The notes under the pieces: generated by a model
The model's input: the letters and a program-made list of their open reading frames with translations, nothing else
Database searches by the model: none
Told to the model about the DNA's origin: nothing
Source: an uncultured Acidobacteriota bacterium
Lineage (GTDB): Bacteria > Acidobacteriota > Thermoanaerobaculia > Multivoradales > JAHEKO01
Length of the DNA: 64,000 bases
Direction: 5' to 3'
Assembly: GCA_963713825.1 (NCBI GenBank)
Contig: CAVQNG010000005.1
Coordinates: 160,001 to 224,000, forward strand
In this document: piece by piece, positions 35,343-43,840 of the stretch
Position numbering within the stretch: the stretch's first letter is position 1
How the letters are laid out: each line of letters begins with the position of its first letter
Position numbers and translations under genes: made by a program

Positions 35343-35654
35343 ATGCGCATTCGCGATCTGTTTCGACGCACCAGGGACTGCGATCATGTCGCTGAGTTGA
35401 GCGAGGTCGAACCCAACTCACCGGATTCCTGCCTGCTATGTGTCGAGATGGGAGACACCTGGGTCAACCTGCGGTTGTGCCTGACGTGTGGCCATGTCGG
35501 ATGCTGCGATGCTTCGAAGAACAAGCACGCCACTGCCCACCACAAGGAGACAGGGCACCCGATGATCCAGTCCTATCAACCGAAAGAGCGGTGGCGGTAC
35601 TGCTATGTGGACGATCAGATGGTGACGGAGGCTGATACACCAGCACGCCACTAG
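35343..35654 (+). CDS. UBP-type zinc-finger domain protein
   Basis: CDH...CLLC...WVNLRLCLTCGHVGCCDASKNKHATAH...WRYCYVD; GAGGAG RBS. Confidence 0.92.
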   Translation: MRIRDLFRRTRDCDHVAELSEVEPNSPDSCLLCVEMGDTWVNLRLCLTCGHVGCCDASKNKHATAHHKETGHPMIQSYQPKERWRYCYVDDQMVTEADTPARH

Positions 35655-35776
35655 GGACCGCTTCAGTGGTTCTTTCTCTGCCGATCTCGGCATTGCCGAC
35701 GCGAGATCGACCTTGGGCAAAGAAAAAGCCGAGGGCGAGGCCGGGCTCCGACGAGTACCACTGCCCTGGGCTGGTT

Positions 35777-37318
35777 CTACTCGATCGTGGTGCTGCACCT
35801 GTCCGTGTCGCCGGTCTCGAAATTCTCGATGAAGATCGTAGGCTCGCCAAGGAAGGTCCACACCTTGCCGGCGTCGTTGGTGGTCAGGTCGTAGTAAGGC
35901 GCGGCGATGACCATGTCGTCATAGCCGTCGCCGTCGGTGTCGCCGGTCGACAGGGACCAGCCGAAGTAGGAGGACGCCTGGTCTCCCTCGACCGCCCAGT
36001 CTGCGTAGTCAAGCGGTCCTTCAGCGCCGAGACCATCCTCGGTACCAAGCCAGAGCAGGGTCATTCCGGCGTAGTTCACGGCACCGACAGTGTGCCCGAT
36101 CGCCCCGATCAGGACGTCATCGTAGCTGTCACCGTTGTAGTTCAGGACCCTGACATTGCCACCGAACTGGTCGTTCTCGGCTGCGCCGTATGCCAGCCAA
36201 TCGTTGTTGATCGGGTCTCCATCGACGTCTCCCAGACCGTCTGCGGAGCCATACCAGACGAGAGCCATTCCATCGTTCGTTTCCATGTGGTCATAGAGTC
36301 TGATACCTACGATGAGATCGTCGTAACCGTCGGCATCGAAATCACCGCTTGCCACGGCATTCATTGCAGATGTGCCCATTCTGGCGTCTGCCTGATCTCC
36401 CTCCGCCGTCCAGTCGGCGTTGGAAGGATTCCCTGGAGCGCCGAATCCTGTGGCCGATCCGTACCACACGAACACCTTGCCCTCGTTGGCCTGGCCGGCG
36501 TCATAGAACGGAGCTCCAATCAAGATGTCGCCGTATCCGTCGCCGTTGAGGTCACCTGCGGAACCGAGAACGGTGCCGAAGCCGGCATCGTCCCAAGGGA
36601 TACACTGATCACCCATTGCGTACCAGTCGGCGCTGGCTACAGTCGTGGTACCCACCCGCGCGTTCGATCCGTAGAACAAATACCCGTGGTTGATGATGGG
36701 CGCTGCCCCATTGCAGGCGTCGTAGCGCCGGGCACCGATGAGGATGTCGTCGTAGCCATCGTTGTCGAGATCGCCAGCAGAGGCCACCTCGAGGCCTGTG
36801 TGAGCATACAGAGCGGTCCCGGTGACTCTCCAATCCCAGTTAGCGTCTAGACCGCCATTCGATCCGTAGTAGAGGAAAACAGCTCCGTCATCTGACGTGG
36901 ATGAGTCGTAGTTCGGCATGCCGATGAGAAGATCGTCGTGGTTGTCACCGTCGACGTCAGCGGCTGCGACGGCTTCGCCGAAGTAGCCATGGGCGTTGAT
37001 GACCGGAGGATTGATGATCAGGTTGGGTGTGGTGGCCGGACCGTCTTCCGAGCCGTAGAACACCCACACCCTGCCGGAACGAACCTGGCCTGAATTGAAG
37101 AATCGCGAGCCTACCGCTACATCGGAGTAGCCGTCGTTGTTGAAGTCACCGGTTGCGCTGACCGATTCTCCGAGGAAGTTCTCCAGTTGATCTTGTTCGA
37201 AGTCCCAGATTGCGTCGGCGAGAGTGGCCCAGGCGCCGATGGCAAACGCGGCCGGAGAACTGACTAGAGAAATGAGAAACGCACCCACAAGAAGCCGCCG
37301 GATCAGCTTGTTGTCCAT
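35777..37318 (-). CDS. Secreted FG-GAP (integrin alpha-like) repeat protein; probable adhesin
   Basis: AAGGAG RBS; signal peptide; about seven GDxNxDGYxD(I/L)xxGA repeats; C-terminal IFIENFETGD motif. Confidence 0.92.
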   Translation of the reverse strand: MDNKLIRRLLVGAFLISLVSSPAAFAIGAWATLADAIWDFEQDQLENFLGESVSATGDFNNDGYSDVAVGSRFFNSGQVRSGRVWVFYGSEDGPATTPNLIINPPVINAHGYFGEAVAAADVDGDNHDDLLIGMPNYDSSTSDDGAVFLYYGSNGGLDANWDWRVTGTALYAHTGLEVASAGDLDNDGYDDILIGARRYDACNGAAPIINHGYLFYGSNARVGTTTVASADWYAMGDQCIPWDDAGFGTVLGSAGDLNGDGYGDILIGAPFYDAGQANEGKVFVWYGSATGFGAPGNPSNADWTAEGDQADARMGTSAMNAVASGDFDADGYDDLIVGIRLYDHMETNDGMALVWYGSADGLGDVDGDPINNDWLAYGAAENDQFGGNVRVLNYNGDSYDDVLIGAIGHTVGAVNYAGMTLLWLGTEDGLGAEGPLDYADWAVEGDQASSYFGWSLSTGDTDGDGYDDMVIAAPYYDLTTNDAGKVWTFLGEPTIFIENFETGDTDRCSTTIE

Positions 37319-37403
37319 TTCGATCTCCTTTCGCTCGCAAGTCTCGAAGGTGATGACAAACATCAGTCGAGCACGAACTGTACTCGGCATCTCTGCAACT
37401 CGG

Positions 37404-37520
37404 GCCTTCGGTAGCTCGGCGGTCCTGGAGTCCTGCTGGGCGGAAGGTCCGTCCTGGAGGAGACAAGGACCCGTGGCTTTGCGCCCCCGACTCTCGTCGG
37501 GTTTGCCTTTGTCGTGACAC
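37404..37520 (-). ncRNA. Cyclic di-GMP-I (GEMM) riboswitch
   Basis: Minus strand GTCACGACAAAGGCAAACCCGAC-GAGA-GTCGGGGGCGCAAAGCCACGGGTCCT...AGGACCGCCGAGCTACCGAAGG matches the GEMM core (GGCAAAC, GNRA loop, GCAAAGC, CTACCGA); lies in the 5' UTR of the FG-GAP gene. Confidence 0.9.
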
Positions 37521-37545
37521 TTTCAGGTTACGTCCGGGGGCCGAG

Positions 37546-37571
37546 AAAAGCCCCACCCGAAAGGGTGGGGC
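37546..37571 (-). terminator. Intrinsic terminator after the DUF4097 gene
   Basis: GCCCCACCC-TTTC-GGGTGGGGC followed by TTTT on the minus strand. Confidence 0.8.
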
Positions 37572-37611
37572 AGAGCTCCACGGTTGTGGATCGAGGAAGA
37601 AGGGTGGCGAC

Positions 37612-38424
37612 CTAGGGCACTTTGACGTTGCCTTCGATGTGATTGGTGTGCACTCCACCGCTGCCATCTCGCTCGACAATGAAGTCGCCGGCGACGTGCT
37701 CGGCTCGAATGCTCCCTGAACCGTCCTCCTGAACCAGGACATCGCCGCCGATATGGTCGAGCTCGATGCTGCCGGAGCCGTCCTCGATGATGTTTACGCT
37801 GGCTTCGATGTCGCGCACGGTGATCTCGCCGGAGCCATCTTCGATCGTCACAGCCCCGCCAACGTGTTCGACCGAGAGGCTTCCCGACCCGTCGTCGATG
37901 CGGACTTGACCGCCGACTTCGGTGACCTCGATCTCGCCAGAGCCATCCTCGATCTCGATGCCCTCCGCAATCTTGCGCACCAGAATGTCTCCGGAGCCAT
38001 CTTCAAGCTCCAGACCTCGCACTCCTTCGATCTTCACCGAGCCACTGCTGTCCTCGACGTCCAGAAGGAGGTTCTCGGGTACCTCGATCTCGAGATCGAG
38101 GTAGGGGCTGTGGCGTCTCCAGTTGCCGTCAGGGGTTTCGACTTCGACATAGAGAGTGTCGCCCCGGCGATCGGTGCGGAGCTCGATCTCGTCGAGGACG
38201 TCCTTGTCAGGGGCGCATGCTTTGCCTTGCACCCGGACTTCCGACAATCCTGCAGAGCCTCGGATACTCAAGTAGCCAGCCTTGGCGTCGACGCGGAGCG
38301 TCGTTGCACCAGCGGCATCGAGGGTGGCATTTCGCGGCTCGCTGTGGGGGCAGTCACCAGCGGTCGAGGTGAGCGGCAGTCCCAGGAAGGCTGCCGCGAC
38401 GATCAGCATCATGACGAATCGCAT
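37612..38424 (-). CDS. Secreted DUF4097/adhesin-like beta-strand repeat protein
   Basis: Signal peptide; repeated (I/L)EDGSG(E/S)I motifs. Confidence 0.88.
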   Translation of the reverse strand: MRFVMMLIVAAAFLGLPLTSTAGDCPHSEPRNATLDAAGATTLRVDAKAGYLSIRGSAGLSEVRVQGKACAPDKDVLDEIELRTDRRGDTLYVEVETPDGNWRRHSPYLDLEIEVPENLLLDVEDSSGSVKIEGVRGLELEDGSGDILVRKIAEGIEIEDGSGEIEVTEVGGQVRIDDGSGSLSVEHVGGAVTIEDGSGEITVRDIEASVNIIEDGSGSIELDHIGGDVLVQEDGSGSIRAEHVAGDFIVERDGSGGVHTNHIEGNVKVP

Positions 38425-38456
38425 GCGTATCTCCTCCAGTAAGGTTCTCTTTTCCC

Positions 38457-38482
38457 TACGGGGTTCCGCCGAAGAGGTTTCG
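38457..38482 (-). promoter_or_regulatory. Putative ECF-sigma promoter for the DUF4097 gene
   Basis: Minus strand CGAAAC-N16-CGTA, about 30 nt upstream of the start codon, with a GGAGGAG RBS in between. Confidence 0.6.
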
Positions 38483-38516
38483 TCTCAGTGGCGGGCAAGA
38501 GTCGAAAGCCGCTGAC

Positions 38517-39743
38517 TTAGCGCTCGGGCGAAGGCCAATTCGCCAGGGGCAGGAATTCGCAGGCCTGCCCAGGCTGGGCCTCGGGGGAGTGGGCCCGGAC
38601 GCGAACGAGGCCGGTACCCCTGGCGAACGCCGCCAGATCGTGCGACCCCTTGGGCGCCAGCGGTGCCACCAGAAGGCGACCCTCCCGGAACTCGACTTCG
38701 GCTGTGAGAAAACGGTCCCTTTCCTTAGCCGCCGGTAGAGGTGCCGTCAGCTCGCCGGCGAGAGCGCCGTACCAGAAGCCGTCCTGTAGTCCCATTAAGC
38801 GCCTGAGCGTGGGTCGCACGAATAGAAAGAAGCTGGCCATGACGGAGGCAGGGTTGCCGGGCAGACCGAAGACCAGGCCACCGGAGTGCGTGGCCGCGAC
38901 CAGGGGCTTGCCAGGTTGGACCGCGACGGCGTCGAACAGAAATTCGCAACCGAGCTCTGCCAGCACATCTTCGACAAAGTCATAGTCGCCCTTCGAAACG
39001 CCGCCACCGATCAGCAGAACATCCGATTGGATTCCTGCTCCGATCTTCTCGCGGAGATCCTCCGGTCGATCCGCAGCGATGCCGAGAGGCTCGACTTCGA
39101 TTCCCAGGGAGCGGCCAGCAGCCAGAAGGAAATCGGTGTGGGAGTCTCTCAATTGGCCGGGCCGCGGCTCGGTATCCGGCGGCACCACTTCGTCGCCGGT
39201 CGCCAGGAAGGCCACCCGGGGCTTGCGGTGAACCGAAACTGTAGCAATGCCGTGGGTGGCCAACAGGCTCAAACCCCCGGCCGTGAGCAGCGTGCCAGCT
39301 GGCAGCAGGGGGTCACCCGAGCTCTGGATCTCGGCCCGCCGGCGAACATGGGCGCCCGGCTCGGTCCCGGAACGAAATAGCACCTCGTCCTGGGTGGAGC
39401 TGGTTTGCTCGACTGGGATGACCCGGTCGGCGTCTCGCGGTATCGGTGCCCCCGTCATGATGCGCATGGCAGTGTCAGGCGCGAGCTCGCAGTCCGGGCT
39501 GGCTCCGGCCGGGATGACGCCGCTGATCGGCATACAATCTCCAGCCACCACTTCTCCGAACACAGCGAATCCATCCATGGCAGATAAATCCATTGGAGGC
39601 ACATCCACGGTAGCTTCCAGGGATCCGGCAAGCACCCTGTCGAGGGCCGATCGCCGATCGATTTCTTCTGGTTCTAGCGGCGAGCAGTACTCCGCCAGTC
39701 GCTGCCAGGCGCTTTCAGGAGAGAGCCAGTTGTCGGTTGTCAT
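38517..39743 (-). CDS. moeA: Molybdopterin molybdotransferase
   Basis: SAMDGFAV, IMTGAPIP, TGDEV, GGVSKGDYD, QPGKP, GLPGNPAS. Confidence 0.94.
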   Translation of the reverse strand: MTTDNWLSPESAWQRLAEYCSPLEPEEIDRRSALDRVLAGSLEATVDVPPMDLSAMDGFAVFGEVVAGDCMPISGVIPAGASPDCELAPDTAMRIMTGAPIPRDADRVIPVEQTSSTQDEVLFRSGTEPGAHVRRRAEIQSSGDPLLPAGTLLTAGGLSLLATHGIATVSVHRKPRVAFLATGDEVVPPDTEPRPGQLRDSHTDFLLAAGRSLGIEVEPLGIAADRPEDLREKIGAGIQSDVLLIGGGVSKGDYDFVEDVLAELGCEFLFDAVAVQPGKPLVAATHSGGLVFGLPGNPASVMASFFLFVRPTLRRLMGLQDGFWYGALAGELTAPLPAAKERDRFLTAEVEFREGRLLVAPLAPKGSHDLAAFARGTGLVRVRAHSPEAQPGQACEFLPLANWPSPER

Positions 39744-39885
39744 AAGCAAGCCTGTGAGGTAGCGGGTTAGAGGCCTTTCTCACATGAGAGGGCGAAGGCC
39801 CGATGCTATACTTAGCGCCGTTTGTCGCTCCTCGGACCCTGTCGGTCTACCGGCCCGTCATAGCAGTAACAGCCTTGATCCAATT

Positions 39886-40668
39886 GTGACTCCAAAGTTC
39901 AAATATCGGGGCAATCTGGCGCAGGCCACGCTGCCGGAAATGCTACACACCATCGACCGATTCCGGGTGCCCGGCGTCGTCGAGGTGCGGCGCAGCGGGG
40001 TCATCAAGCGAGTCTACATCCGTGATGGCTACATCATCCATGCCAGCTCGACCGATCGCGAGGACAGTCTCGGAGCCTATCTGCTGCGGGCGGAGATCGT
40101 CCCCAAGGACGCTTTGGAGAGTGTAGCTCGTCTGCGGCAGAGCTCGAACAAACGTCTCGGCGTCCTCCTCATCGAACGGGAAATTCTGGCCCCCGGAGAA
40201 GTGTTCGAGTCGATTCGGAAGCAGATCGAGTCGATCGTCTGGAGCCTGTTCTACTGGCAGGATGGAGAGGTCACGTTCGGGGTCGGCGCACTGGAAGAAG
40301 AAGAGATGGTGCAAATCCAACTGCCGATCAAGCGCGTCATCATCCAGGGGATCAAGAGCGCCCCTGATGCCAAACCTCTCGTGACTCGCCTCGGCAGCAA
40401 GGACACCGTTCTGGAGCCCTGTTTCGATGTGGAAGATCTCGTCGAAACCGGTCTCGACGAGGACGACTACAAGTTGCTCCGTAGGGTGAATGGTTCGAGG
40501 ACGCTGTATCAACTCTGTGGCGAAGGGGCCAAGGCGCCAGCCGAGGCTGCGAAGCTGCTGTACGCTTTCCAGGTGTTGAAGTTGGTGCGACGGGTAAGCG
40601 CCCAAAACTCCGGTGGAGGTCCGCTGAAGATCAAGCTGGGCACCTCTGGCGACCGTATGACAAAGTAA
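39886..40668 (+). CDS. DUF4388 (PATAN-like) domain protein
   Basis: YRGNLAQATLPEML, VYIRDGYIIHASS, LGAYLL/LGVLLIE, LFYWQDGEVTF; start uncertain. Confidence 0.85.
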   Translation: MTPKFKYRGNLAQATLPEMLHTIDRFRVPGVVEVRRSGVIKRVYIRDGYIIHASSTDREDSLGAYLLRAEIVPKDALESVARLRQSSNKRLGVLLIEREILAPGEVFESIRKQIESIVWSLFYWQDGEVTFGVGALEEEEMVQIQLPIKRVIIQGIKSAPDAKPLVTRLGSKDTVLEPCFDVEDLVETGLDEDDYKLLRRVNGSRTLYQLCGEGAKAPAEAAKLLYAFQVLKLVRRVSAQNSGGGPLKIKLGTSGDRMTK

Positions 40669-40719
40669 GTGTCTCGATTCGAGACGTTGACGATCGAGAA
40701 CTTGAGAGAGCCTGTTTCT

Positions 40720-41040
40720 ATGCCTCTGTATGAATACGAGTGTCAGTCCTGCGGCGAACGAGTCGAGGTCCTGCAGCGAGTCGGTGCCCCGGCGATCGGA
40801 GTCTGCGATGCCTGCGGTGGCGAATTGAAGCGACTTCTGTCAGCGCCCGCCTTCCAGTTCAAGGGCACTGGGTGGTATGTAACGGACTATGCCAAGAAAA
40901 ACTCCTCGCCGGCGGGGGAGTCGCAAGGCACCAACGAGGGCTCCAATTCGAAGCCCGAGGCGTCGGGTGACGCCAAACCGCAGACCAAGAGCAAGGCCGC
41001 CAAGGAGAGCTCAGACAAGAAGACTCCCGCCTCCAGTTGA
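40720..41040 (+). CDS. FmdB-family zinc-ribbon protein
   Basis: MPLYEYECQSC...CDACGG...FKGTGWYVTDY with a low-complexity Ser/Lys tail. Confidence 0.92.
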   Translation: MPLYEYECQSCGERVEVLQRVGAPAIGVCDACGGELKRLLSAPAFQFKGTGWYVTDYAKKNSSPAGESQGTNEGSNSKPEASGDAKPQTKSKAAKESSDKKTPASS

Positions 41041-41068
41041 GACGAGAGGTAGATAGGGCGGCCCAAGG

Positions 41069-42397
41069 ATGAGGCGAATGACAACGCCAGCCCACTTGCA
41101 GCAGAGAACGGAAGACGGCGCTCCTGGAGCGCGTCAAGGGCCAATAGGGCCCGTTGCCTTGGTCGTTGCTGGCCTCCTGGCCCTGCTTTCGGTGGGAGTA
41201 TCGCAAGCGACGACCTTCACCATGATCGCCGACGAGGAGCTGGCGAATCAGGCGGAGGTCATCATTCAGGCAGTCGTCCTCGCCAGGGAGCCGTCCCCCA
41301 TCCCGTCTCCACCCTCGACGGACTATTTCGTCCAGGTGGAAAGAGTTCTGAAAGGTTACGTTGCAGGCAGTACGGTGGTAGTCCGCCTGGCTGGGGGTGT
41401 GGGACCCGACGGAGTGGGCCTCAGGGTATGGGGTAGTCCCCAGTTTCACCAAGGGGAAAGGGTCCTTTTGTTCCTGGTTCCGCAAGCCGATGGGACCTAC
41501 GGGGTGCTGCATTTGATGCTGGGCGTTTTTCATGAAATTCAGGTCGGTGGGCGGCGGCTGGCGGTACGAGATCTCAGTGAAGCTCTCGAGGCGCTGTCCG
41601 AGTGGGACCTGCTGTCCCAGGGCCCGGTGGCCTCTCTGGATCCCCCGCGGCGATGGGACGCCTTCACAAGATGGCTGGCGGAGCTGGAAACGGTGGACAA
41701 GCGGAGCCCAGCCTACCTCGATCTCGAGCCTGTGGCTGACATTCAGGACAACGGACCTCGATCGGAGCTTCTCCTCGAGCCATGCACAGGTCTTGGATTT
41801 CGCTGGTTCGATTTCAATCGCCGTAGGCCGATCTCCTGGAAGCTGAATCTCGGCCCGTTCAAAGGGCTGCTGAGGCCGCCCACCCTGGCGATTGCTCTGG
41901 AAGTATGGGAAATGGCCACCGCGGGTCGGTTGCAGCTTGCGATGAACGGGACCACGACGTCGAGATCAGGCTTCTCGGAGGAGGATGGCCTCAACACCGT
42001 GCTTTTCGACGATCCCGAGGAATGGCTGGTCGGACATTACGACTGCCAGGCCGGTGGAGTGCTCGCGGTGTCTGCCGTGTGGTTCGATAGCGGTCGAGAT
42101 CAGCAGTGTCGACTGAGCAAGGTGGGCAAGAAGGCCAATGCGGGGACCAGGACGTACCTGAAGATCTCGAGTGCGGACATCGTGACCAACGATGGGGCTG
42201 GGTGTTTCCTCGTTGGTGATGGATCCAGGCTCTTGGAGGTTCTGGCCCACGAGTTCGGTCACACGCTTGGTCTGACGCATGCCGACGAAGTGGAGGCTCT
42301 CATGTTCGGAGTGGCGCACGACGATGGTCGCGGAGCCGCTCTCGACGCCTGGGATCAGCGAGCCATCAACCAGATCTACGGCCCCCCAGTCCCCTAG
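41069..42397 (+). CDS. Secreted matrixin-family (M10) metalloprotease
   Basis: HEFGHTLGLTH zinc motif plus ALM Met-turn; N-terminal signal and propeptide-like region; start uncertain. Confidence 0.82.
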   Translation: MRRMTTPAHLQQRTEDGAPGARQGPIGPVALVVAGLLALLSVGVSQATTFTMIADEELANQAEVIIQAVVLAREPSPIPSPPSTDYFVQVERVLKGYVAGSTVVVRLAGGVGPDGVGLRVWGSPQFHQGERVLLFLVPQADGTYGVLHLMLGVFHEIQVGGRRLAVRDLSEALEALSEWDLLSQGPVASLDPPRRWDAFTRWLAELETVDKRSPAYLDLEPVADIQDNGPRSELLLEPCTGLGFRWFDFNRRRPISWKLNLGPFKGLLRPPTLAIALEVWEMATAGRLQLAMNGTTTSRSGFSEEDGLNTVLFDDPEEWLVGHYDCQAGGVLAVSAVWFDSGRDQQCRLSKVGKKANAGTRTYLKISSADIVTNDGAGCFLVGDGSRLLEVLAHEFGHTLGLTHADEVEALMFGVAHDDGRGAALDAWDQRAINQIYGPPVP

Positions 42398-42433
42398 GCC
42401 CCACGCCTTCAAGCCTCTGCTGCTCTTGGAGTT

Positions 42434-43837
42434 CTAGTCGCCGGGCTCGGTGGCGGGAAAACCGGCGCTCGACGTCAGCCCCATTTTCCTCGCGTAGTAG
42501 CGGAACGACCGGAAGCTCATACCAAGCACGTCGGCCGCCTGGGTTTGTACCCCGGCGGCGCGATCGAGCGCCTCGGCCATCAGCTGCTTGCGAATCTCGT
42601 CGAGGTACTGCTCCAGGTTCATCCCCTCGGCCGGTAGGCTGGGAGCATCTCCGATGGGTGGGGCCGGTTCCAGAATCTGGGCTGGCAGATCGTCGGCGCC
42701 GAGAGTGTCCTCTGCGGCGAGGGCCAGCGCGCGCTCGATGACGTTCTCCAATTCGCGCACGTTGCCGGGCCAGTGGTAGCCCTCCAGGATGCGCATCGCT
42801 TCGACGGAGATCTTGCGGGGCTCGATGCCCAGCCCGGTACTGCATTTCTTGATGAAGAAATCGACCAGGAGAGGGATGTCTTCGCGTCGCCGCCGCAGTG
42901 GAGGCAGTCGAATCTGGATGACGTTGATCCGATAGTAGAGGTCCTCGCGGAAGACGCCTTGCTCGGTCAGTTGTCGGAGGTCCTGGTTGGTAGCGGCAAT
43001 GATCCGGACATCGACCGGTTCCTCCGTGCTACCGCCAACCATGCGAATTTTCTTCTCTTGCAGGGCCCGCAGCAGCTTCACCTGCATGGCGGGAGTCATC
43101 TCGCTGATCTCATCGAGAAGGAGCGTGCCGCGGTTGGCTTCCCGAAACAGCCCCTTCTTCTCACGCACGGCGCCGGTGAAGGAGCCGCGCTCATGTCCGA
43201 AGAGCTCGCTCTCGAGCAGGTTCTCTGGCAGAGCACCGCAATTGACCGAGAGGAACCGATGTGAGGACCTCGGGCTCTCGTAGTGGATGGCGCGCGCGAT
43301 CAACTCCTTGCCTGTTCCGCTCTCGCCTTCGAGCAGCACCGTCGAGTTGGTGCGCGAGACCCTCTCGATGAGCTCGAAGATCTCCTGCATTGGTCGACTG
43401 CGACCGATGATGTTGGAGAAGCGGTATTTCTGCTCCAGCTCTCGCCGCAGGTAGAAGTTCTCGTCCACCAGTTCGGCCTTTTCCAGTGCTTTCTGGATGA
43501 CCACCTTGAGCTCTTCGACGTCGAAAGGCTTCGAGACGTAATCATAGGCGCCTCGCCGCATGGCCTCGATAGCGGTCTTGGTCGAGGTGTAGGCGGTCAT
43601 CATGATCACGGAAACGCGGGAATCCTGTTGCTTGATCTCGCGCAGGAGATCGAGCCCATTGCCGTCGGGCATGATGATGTCGCACAGGACCAGATCGAAT
43701 GCGCTGTCGCGAATCTGCGTACGCCCCTCCTCGACGGAGCTAGCCGTGGTGACCTGATAACCGATCTCCTCTAGGAGCAATCGCAAGAAGTCCAGCATGC
43801 TCTGCTCGTCGTCTACAACCAGAATCCGAGCTGTCAA
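42434..43837 (-). CDS. pilR: Sigma54-dependent response regulator PilR
   Basis: Receiver domain, GESGTGKE, GSFTGA, C-terminal RSFRY HTH; in a pil cluster. Confidence 0.9.
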   Translation of the reverse strand: MTARILVVDDEQSMLDFLRLLLEEIGYQVTTASSVEEGRTQIRDSAFDLVLCDIIMPDGNGLDLLREIKQQDSRVSVIMMTAYTSTKTAIEAMRRGAYDYVSKPFDVEELKVVIQKALEKAELVDENFYLRRELEQKYRFSNIIGRSRPMQEIFELIERVSRTNSTVLLEGESGTGKELIARAIHYESPRSSHRFLSVNCGALPENLLESELFGHERGSFTGAVREKKGLFREANRGTLLLDEISEMTPAMQVKLLRALQEKKIRMVGGSTEEPVDVRIIAATNQDLRQLTEQGVFREDLYYRINVIQIRLPPLRRRREDIPLLVDFFIKKCSTGLGIEPRKISVEAMRILEGYHWPGNVRELENVIERALALAAEDTLGADDLPAQILEPAPPIGDAPSLPAEGMNLEQYLDEIRKQLMAEALDRAAGVQTQAADVLGMSFRSFRYYARKMGLTSSAGFPATEPGD

Positions 43838-43840
43838 GTG

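Noticed and set aside
35666-36850. 394-aa plus-strand ORF, and similar long antisense ORFs at 49946, 51090, 54108 and 59510
   Set aside because: Shadow or alternate-frame ORFs over well-supported genes in GC-rich DNA, with no recognisable motifs
35777-38424. Internal nucleotide repeats in the FG-GAP and DUF4097 genes as DGR template/variable repeats
   Set aside because: Explained by protein repeat motifs; no reverse transcriptase and no adenine-specific variant pair seen
40720-41040. Sec readthrough in the second FmdB gene and other TGA-ending genes (DCC1, DsbA-like, RHH)
   Set aside because: The proteins look complete at the TGA, with no Cys-equivalent position and no convincing SECIS-like hairpin at the right distance
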